A stretch of DNA of 20,946 nucleotides from an uncultured Deferribacteres bacterium (GCA_964014485.1 CAXHAT010000142.1:1-20946), one strand, 5' to 3'; positions 7,353 through 16,289 are shown, counted from the first letter of the stretch. Numbers and translations are program-made. Notes: generated by a model from the letters alone, not told the origin.

Positions 7353-8048
7353 ATGACGACCAATGAAATTCTCTGCAACGCCGTTTTGTCTTCCGACATT
7401 GAGAAAGGATTGGACGATGCGGTAAGGAACTTTTCAATAAAGAAAAACCTCGCTAACCGACCGATGCAAGATTACCTCGCCGCTTTGCAGCGCCATTGCG
7501 TTCGCGTATGCTCGGAAAGAGCGCTGATTCGCTTTTTGCACAATCACGGCGTTTCTCATAACTTTGCGCTCGCCTCTGAAGCCCGAAAAAGAATCTATGA
7601 AAAAATTTGCCTGATCGGCGAAACGCGCGTCAGATTGATCACCTACCAATTGCCCGATACGTTTTCGAAAGCACATCATGCGCTCGAAGCAATGGCCTTG
7701 GTCGCCAACGCCAAACGAGCAAACCTGTGGCATGATCGAGAACAGTTTGACCGCTACGTCTTCGTATTTTTCGCGGGAAACCTGCGCATCAGCTTGCGGC
7801 AAACGCTTTCCGATTTGCTGCGCCCAAGCGGGACAATCGCGCGGGAATCGGTCATCGCCGAATCAAATCAGTGCGTCACCTACGTTACCGCAGCCCCGAC
7901 CGTCCAACAATGTGAAAAGCTGTTCCAGCCTGTTGCCGCAGGTTCAAAATGCGTGCAGTTTCCAGAGGGCGCGCCGCTTGAATTTGCCGGATGCGCCGTC
8001 CGGCAATTGACCGCTTTTCGCCGGGTCGTAAGTTGGGGAGGCGTGTAG
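7353..8048 (+). CDS. Hypothetical protein, possibly a degenerate PD-(D/E)XK restriction-endonuclease-like fold
   Basis: 231-aa ATG-initiated ORF that fills the gap before fabI and is divergent from the DNA methyltransferase. The fold assignment is an inference from segments ERALIRFLHNHGV, IGETRVRLITY and DRYVFVFFAG. Confidence 0.6.
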   Translation: MTTNEILCNAVLSSDIEKGLDDAVRNFSIKKNLANRPMQDYLAALQRHCVRVCSERALIRFLHNHGVSHNFALASEARKRIYEKICLIGETRVRLITYQLPDTFSKAHHALEAMALVANAKRANLWHDREQFDRYVFVFFAGNLRISLRQTLSDLLRPSGTIARESVIAESNQCVTYVTAAPTVQQCEKLFQPVAAGSKCVQFPEGAPLEFAGCAVRQLTAFRRVVSWGGV

Positions 8049-8068
8049 TCAATTCGGTTTAAAATCGA

Positions 8069-8100
8069 TTGTAACTCTTCATATTTTCGCCCTATCTTTG
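8069..8100 (+). promoter_or_regulatory. Putative fabI promoter
   Basis: TTGTAA (8069-8074) lies 18 nt upstream of TATCTTTG (8093-8100), which also fits the Bacteroidetes TAnnTTTG element. GAGGA RBS precedes ATG 8140. Confidence 0.5.
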
Positions 8101-8139
8101 CCGCCTTGAAATCATCTTATCAGCACAGAGGATCATCGA

Positions 8140-8961
8140 ATGAGCAATAAAGCTTACGGTTTATTGGAAGGAAAAAAGGGGCTTATTTTCGGCGCGCTGG
8201 ACGAAAGCAGCATCGCATGGCACATTGCGACAACGGCCTACCGCGAAGGCGCTCAATTCGCGCTTTCAAACGTTAAAGTCGCGTTTCGTTTGGGAACTTT
8301 GAAAGAGCTGGGCAAAATTTGCGGCGACGCCCCGCTGATCGCCTGCGACGCCACTTCAAATGAAAATCTGGAGAGCACGTTTGAAGAAGTGAAGGAAAAA
8401 ATCGGCAAAGTCGATTTTATCGTACATTCCATTGGCATGAGCCAAAACGTCCGCAAAGGCCGCGATTACACCGACCTAAATTACGATTGGTATCACAAAA
8501 CTCTCGACGTATCCGCCATGTCGTTGCACCGCGTCATTTCGCAGGCATTGAAATCCGAAGCGATCAATGACGGCGGCAGCATCGTTGGTTTGAGCTACAT
8601 CGGCGCACAGCGTTCCTTCTCCAGCTATTCCGACATGGGTGACGCCAAAGCATTGTTAGAGAGCATCACGCGCAGTTTTGGCTCCCGGCTCGGCAAGCGA
8701 GGCATTCGCGTCAACACGGTTTCTCAAAGCCCGACAAAAACAACCGCAGGTTCGGGCATCGCCGGATTTGATCGGCTTTATGACTTTGCCGAGAAGCTTT
8801 CGCCGCTTGGCAACGCTTCGGCGGAAGAGTGCGCGGAATACGTCTTGACGCTGCTTTCCGACTTGACTCGCAAGATTACTATGCAGAACCTTTTCCACGA
8901 CGGCGGTTTTTCCACCATGGGCATTAGCGATGCGTTAATGACCGCCCTGTACGAAAAATGA
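8140..8961 (+). CDS. fabI: Enoyl-ACP reductase (NADH), Bacteroidetes-type
   Basis: GKKGLIFGALDESSIAW, DFIVHSIGMS, catalytic Y-x6-K (YSDMGDAK), VNTVSQSPT, QNLFHDGGFS. Confidence 0.93.
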   Translation: MSNKAYGLLEGKKGLIFGALDESSIAWHIATTAYREGAQFALSNVKVAFRLGTLKELGKICGDAPLIACDATSNENLESTFEEVKEKIGKVDFIVHSIGMSQNVRKGRDYTDLNYDWYHKTLDVSAMSLHRVISQALKSEAINDGGSIVGLSYIGAQRSFSSYSDMGDAKALLESITRSFGSRLGKRGIRVNTVSQSPTKTTAGSGIAGFDRLYDFAEKLSPLGNASAEECAEYVLTLLSDLTRKITMQNLFHDGGFSTMGISDALMTALYEK

Positions 8962-9902
8962 GCGTGCTCGTCACTGGCGGGGCGGGCTATCTCGGCGGCA
9001 TTGTCGCAGAAACGCTCGCCTCTGAATCTCTCGAAATTATCGCTCTGGACCGCCGCAAACCAGCCTTGGACAAACGCCTCGAAAGTGTCACCTACCTTCT
9101 TTCCGACATCCGCTCCCCCGATTTAGCCGATGTCTTCCGTGAACACGCCGTTGAAACAGTCGTCCATTTGGCCGCCATTGTAGAGCCGGGCAAAATGACG
9201 CGCGAGGAGCAATACGACATCGACGTTCTCGGCGCGAAAAACGTGCTCGACGCTTGTGTTGAGACAGGCATACGGAAAATCATAATTTCTTCCAGCGGCG
9301 CCGCTTATGGTTATCATGCGGATAATCCGGCATGGCTCACCGAATCGGACGCGCTGCGCGGTAACCAGACTTTCCCCTACGCGCACCACAAAAGACTCGT
9401 CGAAGAAATGCTCGCCGACTACCGCCGAGAGCACCCGGCGTTGAAACAGGTCATTTTTCGCATCGGCACGATTCTGGGCGCAACGGTAAACAATCAGATC
9501 ACCGCGCTTTTTGACAAACCGTTTGTGCTGGGAATTAAAGGCTCACACAGCCCTTTCGTTTTTATCTGGGATAGTGACGTGGCGGGTGCGGTGCGTCACG
9601 CCGTATTTTCGGAGCGGACCGGAGCTTTCAATCTGGCGGGAGACGGCGCGGTTTCATTGCCGGAGATTGCCGAAATTTTGGGCAAAAAGCTGGTTTCTCT
9701 TCCCCCGGCTTTGGTCAAAACCGCACTCGCGGCATTCAAAAAATTGCATTTAACGCGCTACGGCCCCGAGCAAATGGATTTCATTCGCTTCCGCCCTGTG
9801 CTCGACAACGCTCGATTGAAGAAGGAATTTGGCTATATCCCTCAAAAAACTTCGCGCGAAGTTTTTGAGTTTTTTCTGCAGGCTCGGCAAAAAATCGACT
9901 AA
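8958..9902 (+). CDS. NAD-dependent epimerase/dehydratase (extended SDR)
   Basis: VLVTGGAGYLG, VVHLAAIV, SSSGAAYG, YAHHK (YxxxK). ATGA overlap with the fabI stop codon. Confidence 0.88.
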   Translation: MSVLVTGGAGYLGGIVAETLASESLEIIALDRRKPALDKRLESVTYLLSDIRSPDLADVFREHAVETVVHLAAIVEPGKMTREEQYDIDVLGAKNVLDACVETGIRKIIISSSGAAYGYHADNPAWLTESDALRGNQTFPYAHHKRLVEEMLADYRREHPALKQVIFRIGTILGATVNNQITALFDKPFVLGIKGSHSPFVFIWDSDVAGAVRHAVFSERTGAFNLAGDGAVSLPEIAEILGKKLVSLPPALVKTALAAFKKLHLTRYGPEQMDFIRFRPVLDNARLKKEFGYIPQKTSREVFEFFLQARQKID

Positions 9903-9905
9903 CGA

Positions 9906-10391
9906 TCAATCCCGATAATTCACGTACTGCAAAGGCACGCCTAAGTTGGCGTCTTTAAACATGTTGATGACAGCCTGCAGATCATCGCGTTTTTTGCCTG
10001 AGACGCGAAGTTTTTCTCCCTGAATCGCGACCTGAACTTTCTTCAATTTCGCGTCTTTGACCATTTTTACCATTTTCTTGGCCAAAACGCTTTCGATCCC
10101 TTGTTTGATTTTAACAAGTTGTCGCACTTCTTTGCCGGAAGGCTTGGGGTCGTCGAACTCAAGCGCGGCAAGATCAATTTTTCGCGCCGCCGTCTTTTGG
10201 CGCAGAATGTCCGCCATCTGTTTAAGCTGGAATTCCGCCTCAGCGATCATTGTAATTTCATCTTCCGTGCGCTCAAAACGCGCGTCAGTCCCCTTGAAAT
10301 CATAACGCGTTCCAACTTCGCGATTTGCTTGGTCAAACGCATTGGTGACCTCGTGCATATTAACTTCAGAAACGATGTCAAATGACGGCAT
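9906..10391 (-). CDS. yajQ: YajQ family nucleotide/cyclic-di-GMP-binding protein
   Basis: MPSFDIVSEV, RYDFKGT, IKQGIE, IQGEKLRVSGKKRDDLQAVI, PLQYVNYRD; 161 aa from ATG 10391. Confidence 0.95.
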   Translation of the reverse strand: MPSFDIVSEVNMHEVTNAFDQANREVGTRYDFKGTDARFERTEDEITMIAEAEFQLKQMADILRQKTAARKIDLAALEFDDPKPSGKEVRQLVKIKQGIESVLAKKMVKMVKDAKLKKVQVAIQGEKLRVSGKKRDDLQAVINMFKDANLGVPLQYVNYRD

Positions 10392-10408
10392 TTTTGATTC
10401 CTTTTCAT

Positions 10409-11692
10409 TTAAATATACCAAGGCGATCTTCTGCCGCGCGCGCGCATCTTGTTCGCGGCGACGTCGCCAATAAATTCTTCTTTTTTAGGATCCCAACGCA
10501 ATTTTCGTTCGAGCCGCATCGCAATGTTCCCAAGGTGACAAACCGTTGAAGAACGATGTCCAACTTCGACGTTTGCGATGGGGTCCTTGCGCAACTTGAC
10601 GCAATCCAAAAAATTCCGGTGGTGGTCGTTGCTGACCTCAAGCTGAACGCCGTTCGGCCCGACAATTTCTTTTAAAATCGACTTTGGATGCGCCTTAATT
10701 TCCGAACGACTCACAAATATCCAACCTTCAGAACCTTCGAATGTGTTGTTGTGATCGCCGGTTTCGCAAATGAGCTTGACGCCGTTAGCGTAAGTATATT
10801 CAATGTAAGCGTTTAGCGCAGTATTAAACAAACCGCTTTTCGGAAATTCTCCATAGCCTTCTATTTCTACCGGTCCTGTGTCGTCAGCCGCATTCGCCCA
10901 TTGCGAAATGTCCAAAGCGTGCGCGCCAAAATTGGTCATTTGGCCGCCGGAATAATCGAATACAAAACGAAAGCTGTAATGACAGCGTTGCGAGTGATAA
11001 GGCTCCCATGTCGCCGGGCCGAGCCACATGTCGTAATCGAATCCTTCAGGTACGGGTTCAGGGCTCCACTGCGGCGGGCTGGTGCGGTTATTCGGCGGAA
11101 TTTGCGCACGCATTGTGTGCAATTCGCCGATGAAACCATTGCGCACAAGTTCGCACGCCTGGTGGAATCGATAATCTGATCGTTGCTGCGAGCCGGTCTG
11201 CAAAACGCGTCCGTAGCGCCGCACAACATTCGCCAGATCACGCCCTTCTTGAATGGCCAGTGTCAGCGGTTTTTCACAGTACACGTCCTTCCCGGCTTTT
11301 GCCGCCGCCATGGAAATGGGAACGTGCCAGTGATCCGGCGTGACAACCGTCACCGCGTCGACATCGTCGCGCTCCAGCAACTCACGGAAGTCGTTGTAAG
11401 CGTCGTTTTTGTCGAGCTTGGCCTCAATTCTTGCACGTTCACGATGTTTCGCGTCCACATCGCAAACGGCGACGATTTGTCCGGCTGGTTGGGCCATGAA
11501 CGCTCGCATGTCGCCCATGCCCATGCCGCCTGTTCCAATACAACCGATTGCTATGCGGTTGCTGGGCGCAGAGGCGCCGAACACGGAAGACGGCACAATC
11601 GTCGGCGCGAGAACGGCGGCTGTCCCAAATTTACCTGCCGTTTTCAGGAAATCTCGCCGGGTTGGCTTTTCTTTTTTTGTGGTTGATTTCAT
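10409..11692 (-). CDS. Gfo/Idh/MocA family oxidoreductase with Tat signal peptide
   Basis: TRRDFLK twin-arginine motif, IGTGGMG, VTPDHWH, VYCEKP, GSQQRS, YDMWLGPA, GAHALD. Confidence 0.92.
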   Translation of the reverse strand: MKSTTKKEKPTRRDFLKTAGKFGTAAVLAPTIVPSSVFGASAPSNRIAIGCIGTGGMGMGDMRAFMAQPAGQIVAVCDVDAKHRERARIEAKLDKNDAYNDFRELLERDDVDAVTVVTPDHWHVPISMAAAKAGKDVYCEKPLTLAIQEGRDLANVVRRYGRVLQTGSQQRSDYRFHQACELVRNGFIGELHTMRAQIPPNNRTSPPQWSPEPVPEGFDYDMWLGPATWEPYHSQRCHYSFRFVFDYSGGQMTNFGAHALDISQWANAADDTGPVEIEGYGEFPKSGLFNTALNAYIEYTYANGVKLICETGDHNNTFEGSEGWIFVSRSEIKAHPKSILKEIVGPNGVQLEVSNDHHRNFLDCVKLRKDPIANVEVGHRSSTVCHLGNIAMRLERKLRWDPKKEEFIGDVAANKMRARGRRSPWYI

Positions 11693-11834
11693 GTCGCGTC
11701 TCGACGCTTCAAGAGCCTATGATTGACAATCCGGGCGTTCTTTGCCTCATAAATATTTTGTCGGCAACGGCTCCGATTTTCGTCATATTCAAAATGGATT
11801 TTTCCAAAATGACAAGTCGGGTTAACCAACGCCC

Positions 11835-13346
11835 TCAAACTTTATCGGGTACGATGTACGGCTTGCGATAATTCCGCGTCAGGAGCTTGTTCGCTTCTCT
11901 GTCGTTGACGAACTTTTCCTTTTCACCGTCAAAGGCCAACTCGCGGCCAAGATAGTACGAAACGTTCGCAATCAGCGGCAGGGCGCTGGATCGGTGGCCT
12001 TCTTCAATATCGCAGGTCAAATCGGATTGTTTGCCGGAGCGCAGCGCTTTGATGAAATTCTGAAAATGCACGCTGTCGCCGCCGCCCGCCAGGTTCATCG
12101 CGTCGTATTCTTCTTCGCTAATGTCGGCTGAATTCGGACCTGGTTCGTTTTTCCGGCCAAAGAATGTTTGCCAGTTCCCGCCTGCGTCAATTTGCATCCA
12201 GCCCTCGCTGCCAAAGAAAAGATCGCCGATGGTGATTTCGCCGGACAGGTGCGTTTTCCACGCCCCGTTCGTGCCGCGCGTCATTTGCGCATCCGTTGGC
12301 AGACCTTCGGGATTGGTCAGCAGGCCGCGCGTACAAAATTCCATAATCGTGCCGTCGGCATATTCGAAAATCGACGTTTGCGTGTTCGGCGTCGTTTGCG
12401 ACGAATCATAGACGAACATGCCGCCGAAAGATCGCACTTTGACCGGATACTCGTCTTTGTTGAGCCCCCAGCGCGCAATATCAAACTGGTGCGGCCCCTG
12501 GTTGCCGGTGTCGCCGTTGCCGTATTCGCGATGCCAATGCCAATTGTAATGAAAATGATTGCGATTAAATGGCCGGTTTGGCGCCGGGCCAAGCCACATG
12601 TCGTAATGAACTTTTGACAAGTACGATTCGGTGTACGGAGGTTCTTTTGCTGAACTCCCGACTGTAAAGGAAAAGGTTTCTCCAGGCTTCAGCGGGCCGT
12701 CGGGATAACGGCCAATATCGTTGCGCGGCTTAAAACAAAGGCCGCGAGCGTAGTAAATTTTCCCTAGTTTCCCTTCATGCAAAAATTTCATCGCCGCATT
12801 GGTGTTGCCGCGAGAACGATTTTGGAAGCCGACCTGGACGAGCACGTTGTGTTTGCGAGCGGCTTCCACCATTTTTCTGCCTTCCCAAACATTGTGCGAA
12901 GAGGGTTTTTCAACGTACACATGCTTGCCGTTTTGCGCCGCCCAAATCGTCCCCAAAGCGTGCCAATGGTTGGGCGCGCCAATCGCAACGGCGTCGATTT
13001 CCTTGTCTTCGTAGGCTTTGCGCATATCCCATTCCATGCCCGGCTTAACGCCCTGCAATTTCTCACATTCTTCGGCGCGCCTGGCGAACAAATTTTCATC
13101 AATATCGACGATGGTTTTCACCTGAACATTGTCCATGCCTGCAAAGCTTTGCATCAAATAGCCGCCCCTGCTCCGCAGCCCAACAACCGCCATGTTGATT
13201 CTGTCGTTAGCGCCTAAAATATTCTTGCCAATGGCCGGAGCCGCTCCCGCTGCAATGGCCGAAGCCCCGGCAATTGTCCCCGCCGTCGCCTGACCGCCGC
13301 GCTTCAGAAATTCGCGTCTTGAAATTTTGCTTTTTTTGGACGCCAT
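11835..13346 (-). CDS. Gfo/Idh/MocA family oxidoreductase with Tat signal peptide
   Basis: SRREFLK, VGLRSRG, APNHWH, VYVEKPSSH, GFQNRS, YDMWLGPAP, GNQGPHQFD. Start moved to ATG 13346, which has a GAGGAG RBS; 503 aa. Confidence 0.92.
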   Translation of the reverse strand: MASKKSKISRREFLKRGGQATAGTIAGASAIAAGAAPAIGKNILGANDRINMAVVGLRSRGGYLMQSFAGMDNVQVKTIVDIDENLFARRAEECEKLQGVKPGMEWDMRKAYEDKEIDAVAIGAPNHWHALGTIWAAQNGKHVYVEKPSSHNVWEGRKMVEAARKHNVLVQVGFQNRSRGNTNAAMKFLHEGKLGKIYYARGLCFKPRNDIGRYPDGPLKPGETFSFTVGSSAKEPPYTESYLSKVHYDMWLGPAPNRPFNRNHFHYNWHWHREYGNGDTGNQGPHQFDIARWGLNKDEYPVKVRSFGGMFVYDSSQTTPNTQTSIFEYADGTIMEFCTRGLLTNPEGLPTDAQMTRGTNGAWKTHLSGEITIGDLFFGSEGWMQIDAGGNWQTFFGRKNEPGPNSADISEEEYDAMNLAGGGDSVHFQNFIKALRSGKQSDLTCDIEEGHRSSALPLIANVSYYLGRELAFDGEKEKFVNDREANKLLTRNYRKPYIVPDKV

Positions 13347-13389
13347 CACTCTCTCCTCATTAATCTTGCTTTTACGTCTCCACACAATT

Positions 13390-13468
13390 TGTAGATGTTG
13401 TCCCGGAACGTAATACTTGATTGGTGGAACACAACATGTCGAGGGGTTCAAGATTTTGAACCCCTACA
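13390..13468. repeat. GTAG-type REP-like palindrome and neighbouring hairpin
   Basis: AGGGGTTCAA-gatt-TTGAACCCCT (13442-13465) is a perfect 10-bp stem that reads GTAGGGGTTCAA on the minus strand. Second IR: ATGTTGT (13395-13401) and ACAACAT (13431-13437). The unit is bounded by TGTAG and CTACA. Confidence 0.65.
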
Positions 13469-13489
13469 ATTTCCGATCTGGAAAAACTT

Positions 13490-15049
13490 CTACGGATAAA
13501 CATACGGCGCTTGGATGCCCAACGGAATGCCGATAGCCCAATAGATCAGCAAAAATGCCGTCCAGGCGATCAGGATCGTCACGGAAAACGGCAGCATGAT
13601 CGAAACCAGCGTGCCAATGCCGGTGCGTTTGACATACTTTTGGCAAAAAACGACGACGAGCGGAAAATACGGCATGAGCGGCGTGATAATGTTTGACGAC
13701 GAATCGCCGACGCGGTAGGCCGCTTGCGTCAATTCCGGAGAAATGTTGAGCTGCATGAGCATCGGCACCATAATCGGGCCAATGAGCGCCCATTTCGCCG
13801 AGGCCGAACCAACGAGCAAGTTGACGCTTGCCGTCAGCAAAATCATCCCGACAATCGTGATCGAGCTTGGCAGCGCCAAGGCCTTTAGCGTCGCCGCGCC
13901 TTTGATCGCGATGAGTGCGCCGATGTTTGAATTGCCGAAAGCGCTGATGAAAAGCGCGCAGAAAAACGCCATCACGACGTAGTAGGCCATGCCGTTCATC
14001 GCCTTGGTCATGGTATCAACGATATCCTTGGCGGATTTAAAAGTCTTTGAAACATAACCGTAGACCGCGCCTGGAATCGCAAAAAGTAAAAAGATGAGCG
14101 GGACGATGGATTGCATGATCGGCGCGCGGAATTCGGCGATTTTGCCGTCCGGCGTGCGCAGGGAAGAATCTTCGGGAATCAGAGAAATAATGAGGATAAC
14201 GATACCGACAAGCATTGTTATCGTCGCCGCCCAAAACGCCTTCATCTCACCAGAGGTGAGCGTATCCATACGCGGCGCTTCTTCAGCGTCAGCGTCAACT
14301 GGCGTAGATTTATTGAGGCGAGGTTCGATAATTTTATCGGTCAAAAACCAGCCGAGTCCAATGATGAGCAAACTTGAAGCGCCGGTGAAAAACCAGTTAC
14401 AAAGCGGATTAACTTCGCGCGCCGGATCGATGATTTGTGCGGCTGACTGGGTAAATCCTTGCAAAAGCGGATCGATAGCGGAAGGTATGAAGTTGGCGCT
14501 AAATCCGCCGGAAACGCCCGCAAAAGCCGCCGCGATCCCAGCCAACGGATGCCTCCCGGCCGCGTAGAAAATCACACCGCCGATAGGAATGACCAAAACA
14601 TAGCCTGCGTCCACGGCTGTGTGACTGACGATGGCGACGAGAATTAACATCGGCGTGAGCAGCATTTTCGGCGTGATGTTGAGCATGAGCTTCAGACCGG
14701 CGTTGATATAGCCGGAGTGTTCGGCAACGCCCACCCCGAGCATCGCGACCAGCACGACGCCGAGCGGCGCAAAGCTAGTAAAAGTAGTGACCATCGTCGA
14801 CAAAAAGGTGGCGAACGCCGAACCGGAAAGCAAATTATTGATTTGAATCGGGTTGCCGTTACGCGGGTCGATCGCTTCGAACGCAACCCCGGACAAGAAG
14901 TAAGACAACACCCAAACCGCCATCATTGCCATTAAAAAAAGCATCGCCGGGTCGGGCAGCTTGTTGCCGAGAAATTCGATCGAATTCAACATTCGGTCGA
15001 TAAATTTTGAATCGTTTCCGGCTTCAGAATTCTTCTTTTCCTTCGCCAT
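13490..15049 (-). CDS. abgT: AbgT/YdaH/MtrF family transporter
   Basis: IEFLGNKLPDPAMLF, FTSFAPLG, GRHPLAGIAAAFAGVSGGFSAN, VGSASAKW, YRVGDSSSNIITPLMPY; many TM helices. Confidence 0.93.
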   Translation of the reverse strand: MAKEKKNSEAGNDSKFIDRMLNSIEFLGNKLPDPAMLFLMAMMAVWVLSYFLSGVAFEAIDPRNGNPIQINNLLSGSAFATFLSTMVTTFTSFAPLGVVLVAMLGVGVAEHSGYINAGLKLMLNITPKMLLTPMLILVAIVSHTAVDAGYVLVIPIGGVIFYAAGRHPLAGIAAAFAGVSGGFSANFIPSAIDPLLQGFTQSAAQIIDPAREVNPLCNWFFTGASSLLIIGLGWFLTDKIIEPRLNKSTPVDADAEEAPRMDTLTSGEMKAFWAATITMLVGIVILIISLIPEDSSLRTPDGKIAEFRAPIMQSIVPLIFLLFAIPGAVYGYVSKTFKSAKDIVDTMTKAMNGMAYYVVMAFFCALFISAFGNSNIGALIAIKGAATLKALALPSSITIVGMILLTASVNLLVGSASAKWALIGPIMVPMLMQLNISPELTQAAYRVGDSSSNIITPLMPYFPLVVVFCQKYVKRTGIGTLVSIMLPFSVTILIAWTAFLLIYWAIGIPLGIQAPYVYP

Positions 15050-15171
15050 TTCTTACTCCGATAAATGATGACGTCCGTACTTTTTTGAACATGTGTGTAG
15101 TATCAAAGTTTGACCGAAATGTCAAGAGATCACCAGACGAATACGCCGGTTTTCTTTGTTCTTTCTTTCGC

Positions 15172-15202
15172 TTGACTCTTGAGAGCGTTTTATTTATCTT
15201 CG
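15172..15202 (+). promoter_or_regulatory. Putative promoter of the polyprenyl synthase-ptsH-ptsI operon
   Basis: TTGACT (15172-15177)-N17-TATCTT (15195-15200), followed by CG. Confidence 0.55.
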
Positions 15203-15263
15203 TCGCTCGCTTACGTTTCGAACCGCACATAATTTCAACAAAAATAAACATTACGATACTTTA

Positions 15264-16277
15264 TTGATACGCCAATTACCCCCGGAAAACGGAGCTGTTG
15301 TCGCCAGTTTTGATGCGACCGCGACGCAAATGCGCGAAGACGTCAACTTGTTCATCGCTTCGCTTTTTAAAAAACAGTTTCCAACCTCGCTTTACACCCC
15401 AATGAAGTACGCAATGAGCAGCGGCGGCAAAAAACTGCGGCCGTTACTGCTTTTGCTTTCCGCCAAGGCTTTTGGCGGCGATGTGAAGTCCGCCGTCCCA
15501 GCCGCGGCAGCGGTCGAAATTCTCCATAATTTTACGTTGGTGCATGATGACATCATGGACGACGATCAAACCCGCCGCGGCAGGAAGACCGTTCATAAAG
15601 AATGGGACGCTGATACGGCGCTGCTTGCCGGCGACGGCTTGGTCGCGTTAGCCTATCAATCCCTTTTCTCCTTGCAATCGCCGGAAATCTCTCGCATTGG
15701 CCGCATCTTCACCGACGGCATCATGGACGTTTGTGAAGGGCAGGCGTTTGATCGCGAATTTGAAACGCGCGATCAGGTTCCCATGAATGAATACCTGGAC
15801 ATGATCTGCAAGAAAACCGGGCGGCTTTTAAGCATGTGTACGCAAATTGGCGCTCTGCTCGCCGGAGCCTGTGAGGAGAAACTGATACAGATGCGTGAAT
15901 TTGGCGAGTCCCTCGGCATTGCGTTCCAGATTCAGGATGATCTTTTGGACATTACCACCGAGGAAAGAATTCTTGGCAAAGACTTTGGCAGTGACGTCAA
16001 ACAAAAAAAGAAAACTTTTATGCTCGTCCACGCTTTGCAATCGGCAAGCGGCGAAACGATCAAGTATTTGAACTCGCTTTTTGAAAGTCAAAACATTGGC
16101 GCAGAAGACGTTCACGCCATTAGATCGGTTTTTGAAAAAACGGGAACCCTGGCGGCGACAAGGCAGGCGATTGAAAGTCATTTCCAAAGGGCGAAAACAT
16201 GCCTGAAAGCGGCTTTGCCGGACGGGGCGGAAGATTTGACTGCATTCGTGCAAATGGTTTTTAAACGGCGCTTTTAA
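15264..16277 (+). CDS. Short-chain trans-polyprenyl diphosphate synthase (FPP/GGPP synthase family)
   Basis: GGKKLRP, FARM HNFTLVHDDIMD followed by RRG, GQAFD, KKTG, SARM FQIQDDLLD. Start is uncertain (TTG 15264 or ATG 15330). Confidence 0.9.
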   Translation: MIRQLPPENGAVVASFDATATQMREDVNLFIASLFKKQFPTSLYTPMKYAMSSGGKKLRPLLLLLSAKAFGGDVKSAVPAAAAVEILHNFTLVHDDIMDDDQTRRGRKTVHKEWDADTALLAGDGLVALAYQSLFSLQSPEISRIGRIFTDGIMDVCEGQAFDREFETRDQVPMNEYLDMICKKTGRLLSMCTQIGALLAGACEEKLIQMREFGESLGIAFQIQDDLLDITTEERILGKDFGSDVKQKKKTFMLVHALQSASGETIKYLNSLFESQNIGAEDVHAIRSVFEKTGTLAATRQAIESHFQRAKTCLKAALPDGAEDLTAFVQMVFKRRF

Positions 16278-16289
16278 CGTCTCGGAATC

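Noticed and set aside
13347..13451. N-terminal extension of the 538-aa ORF (MNPSTCCVPP...)
   Set aside because: It runs through a REP-like palindrome. The RBS and Tat signal indicate a start at 13346.
15110..15125. TTGAC-N6-GTCAA palindrome as an FNR/CRP-type site or abgT -35 element
   Set aside because: The spacing differs from the FNR consensus (N4), and no convincing -10 lies at 17 nt. Too short to support alone.
15024..15251. 75-aa basic ORF in the abgT/prenyl synthase divergent region
   Set aside because: It overlaps the abgT start and a promoter-like sequence. Its Lys/Arg richness reflects T-rich promoter DNA on the other strand.
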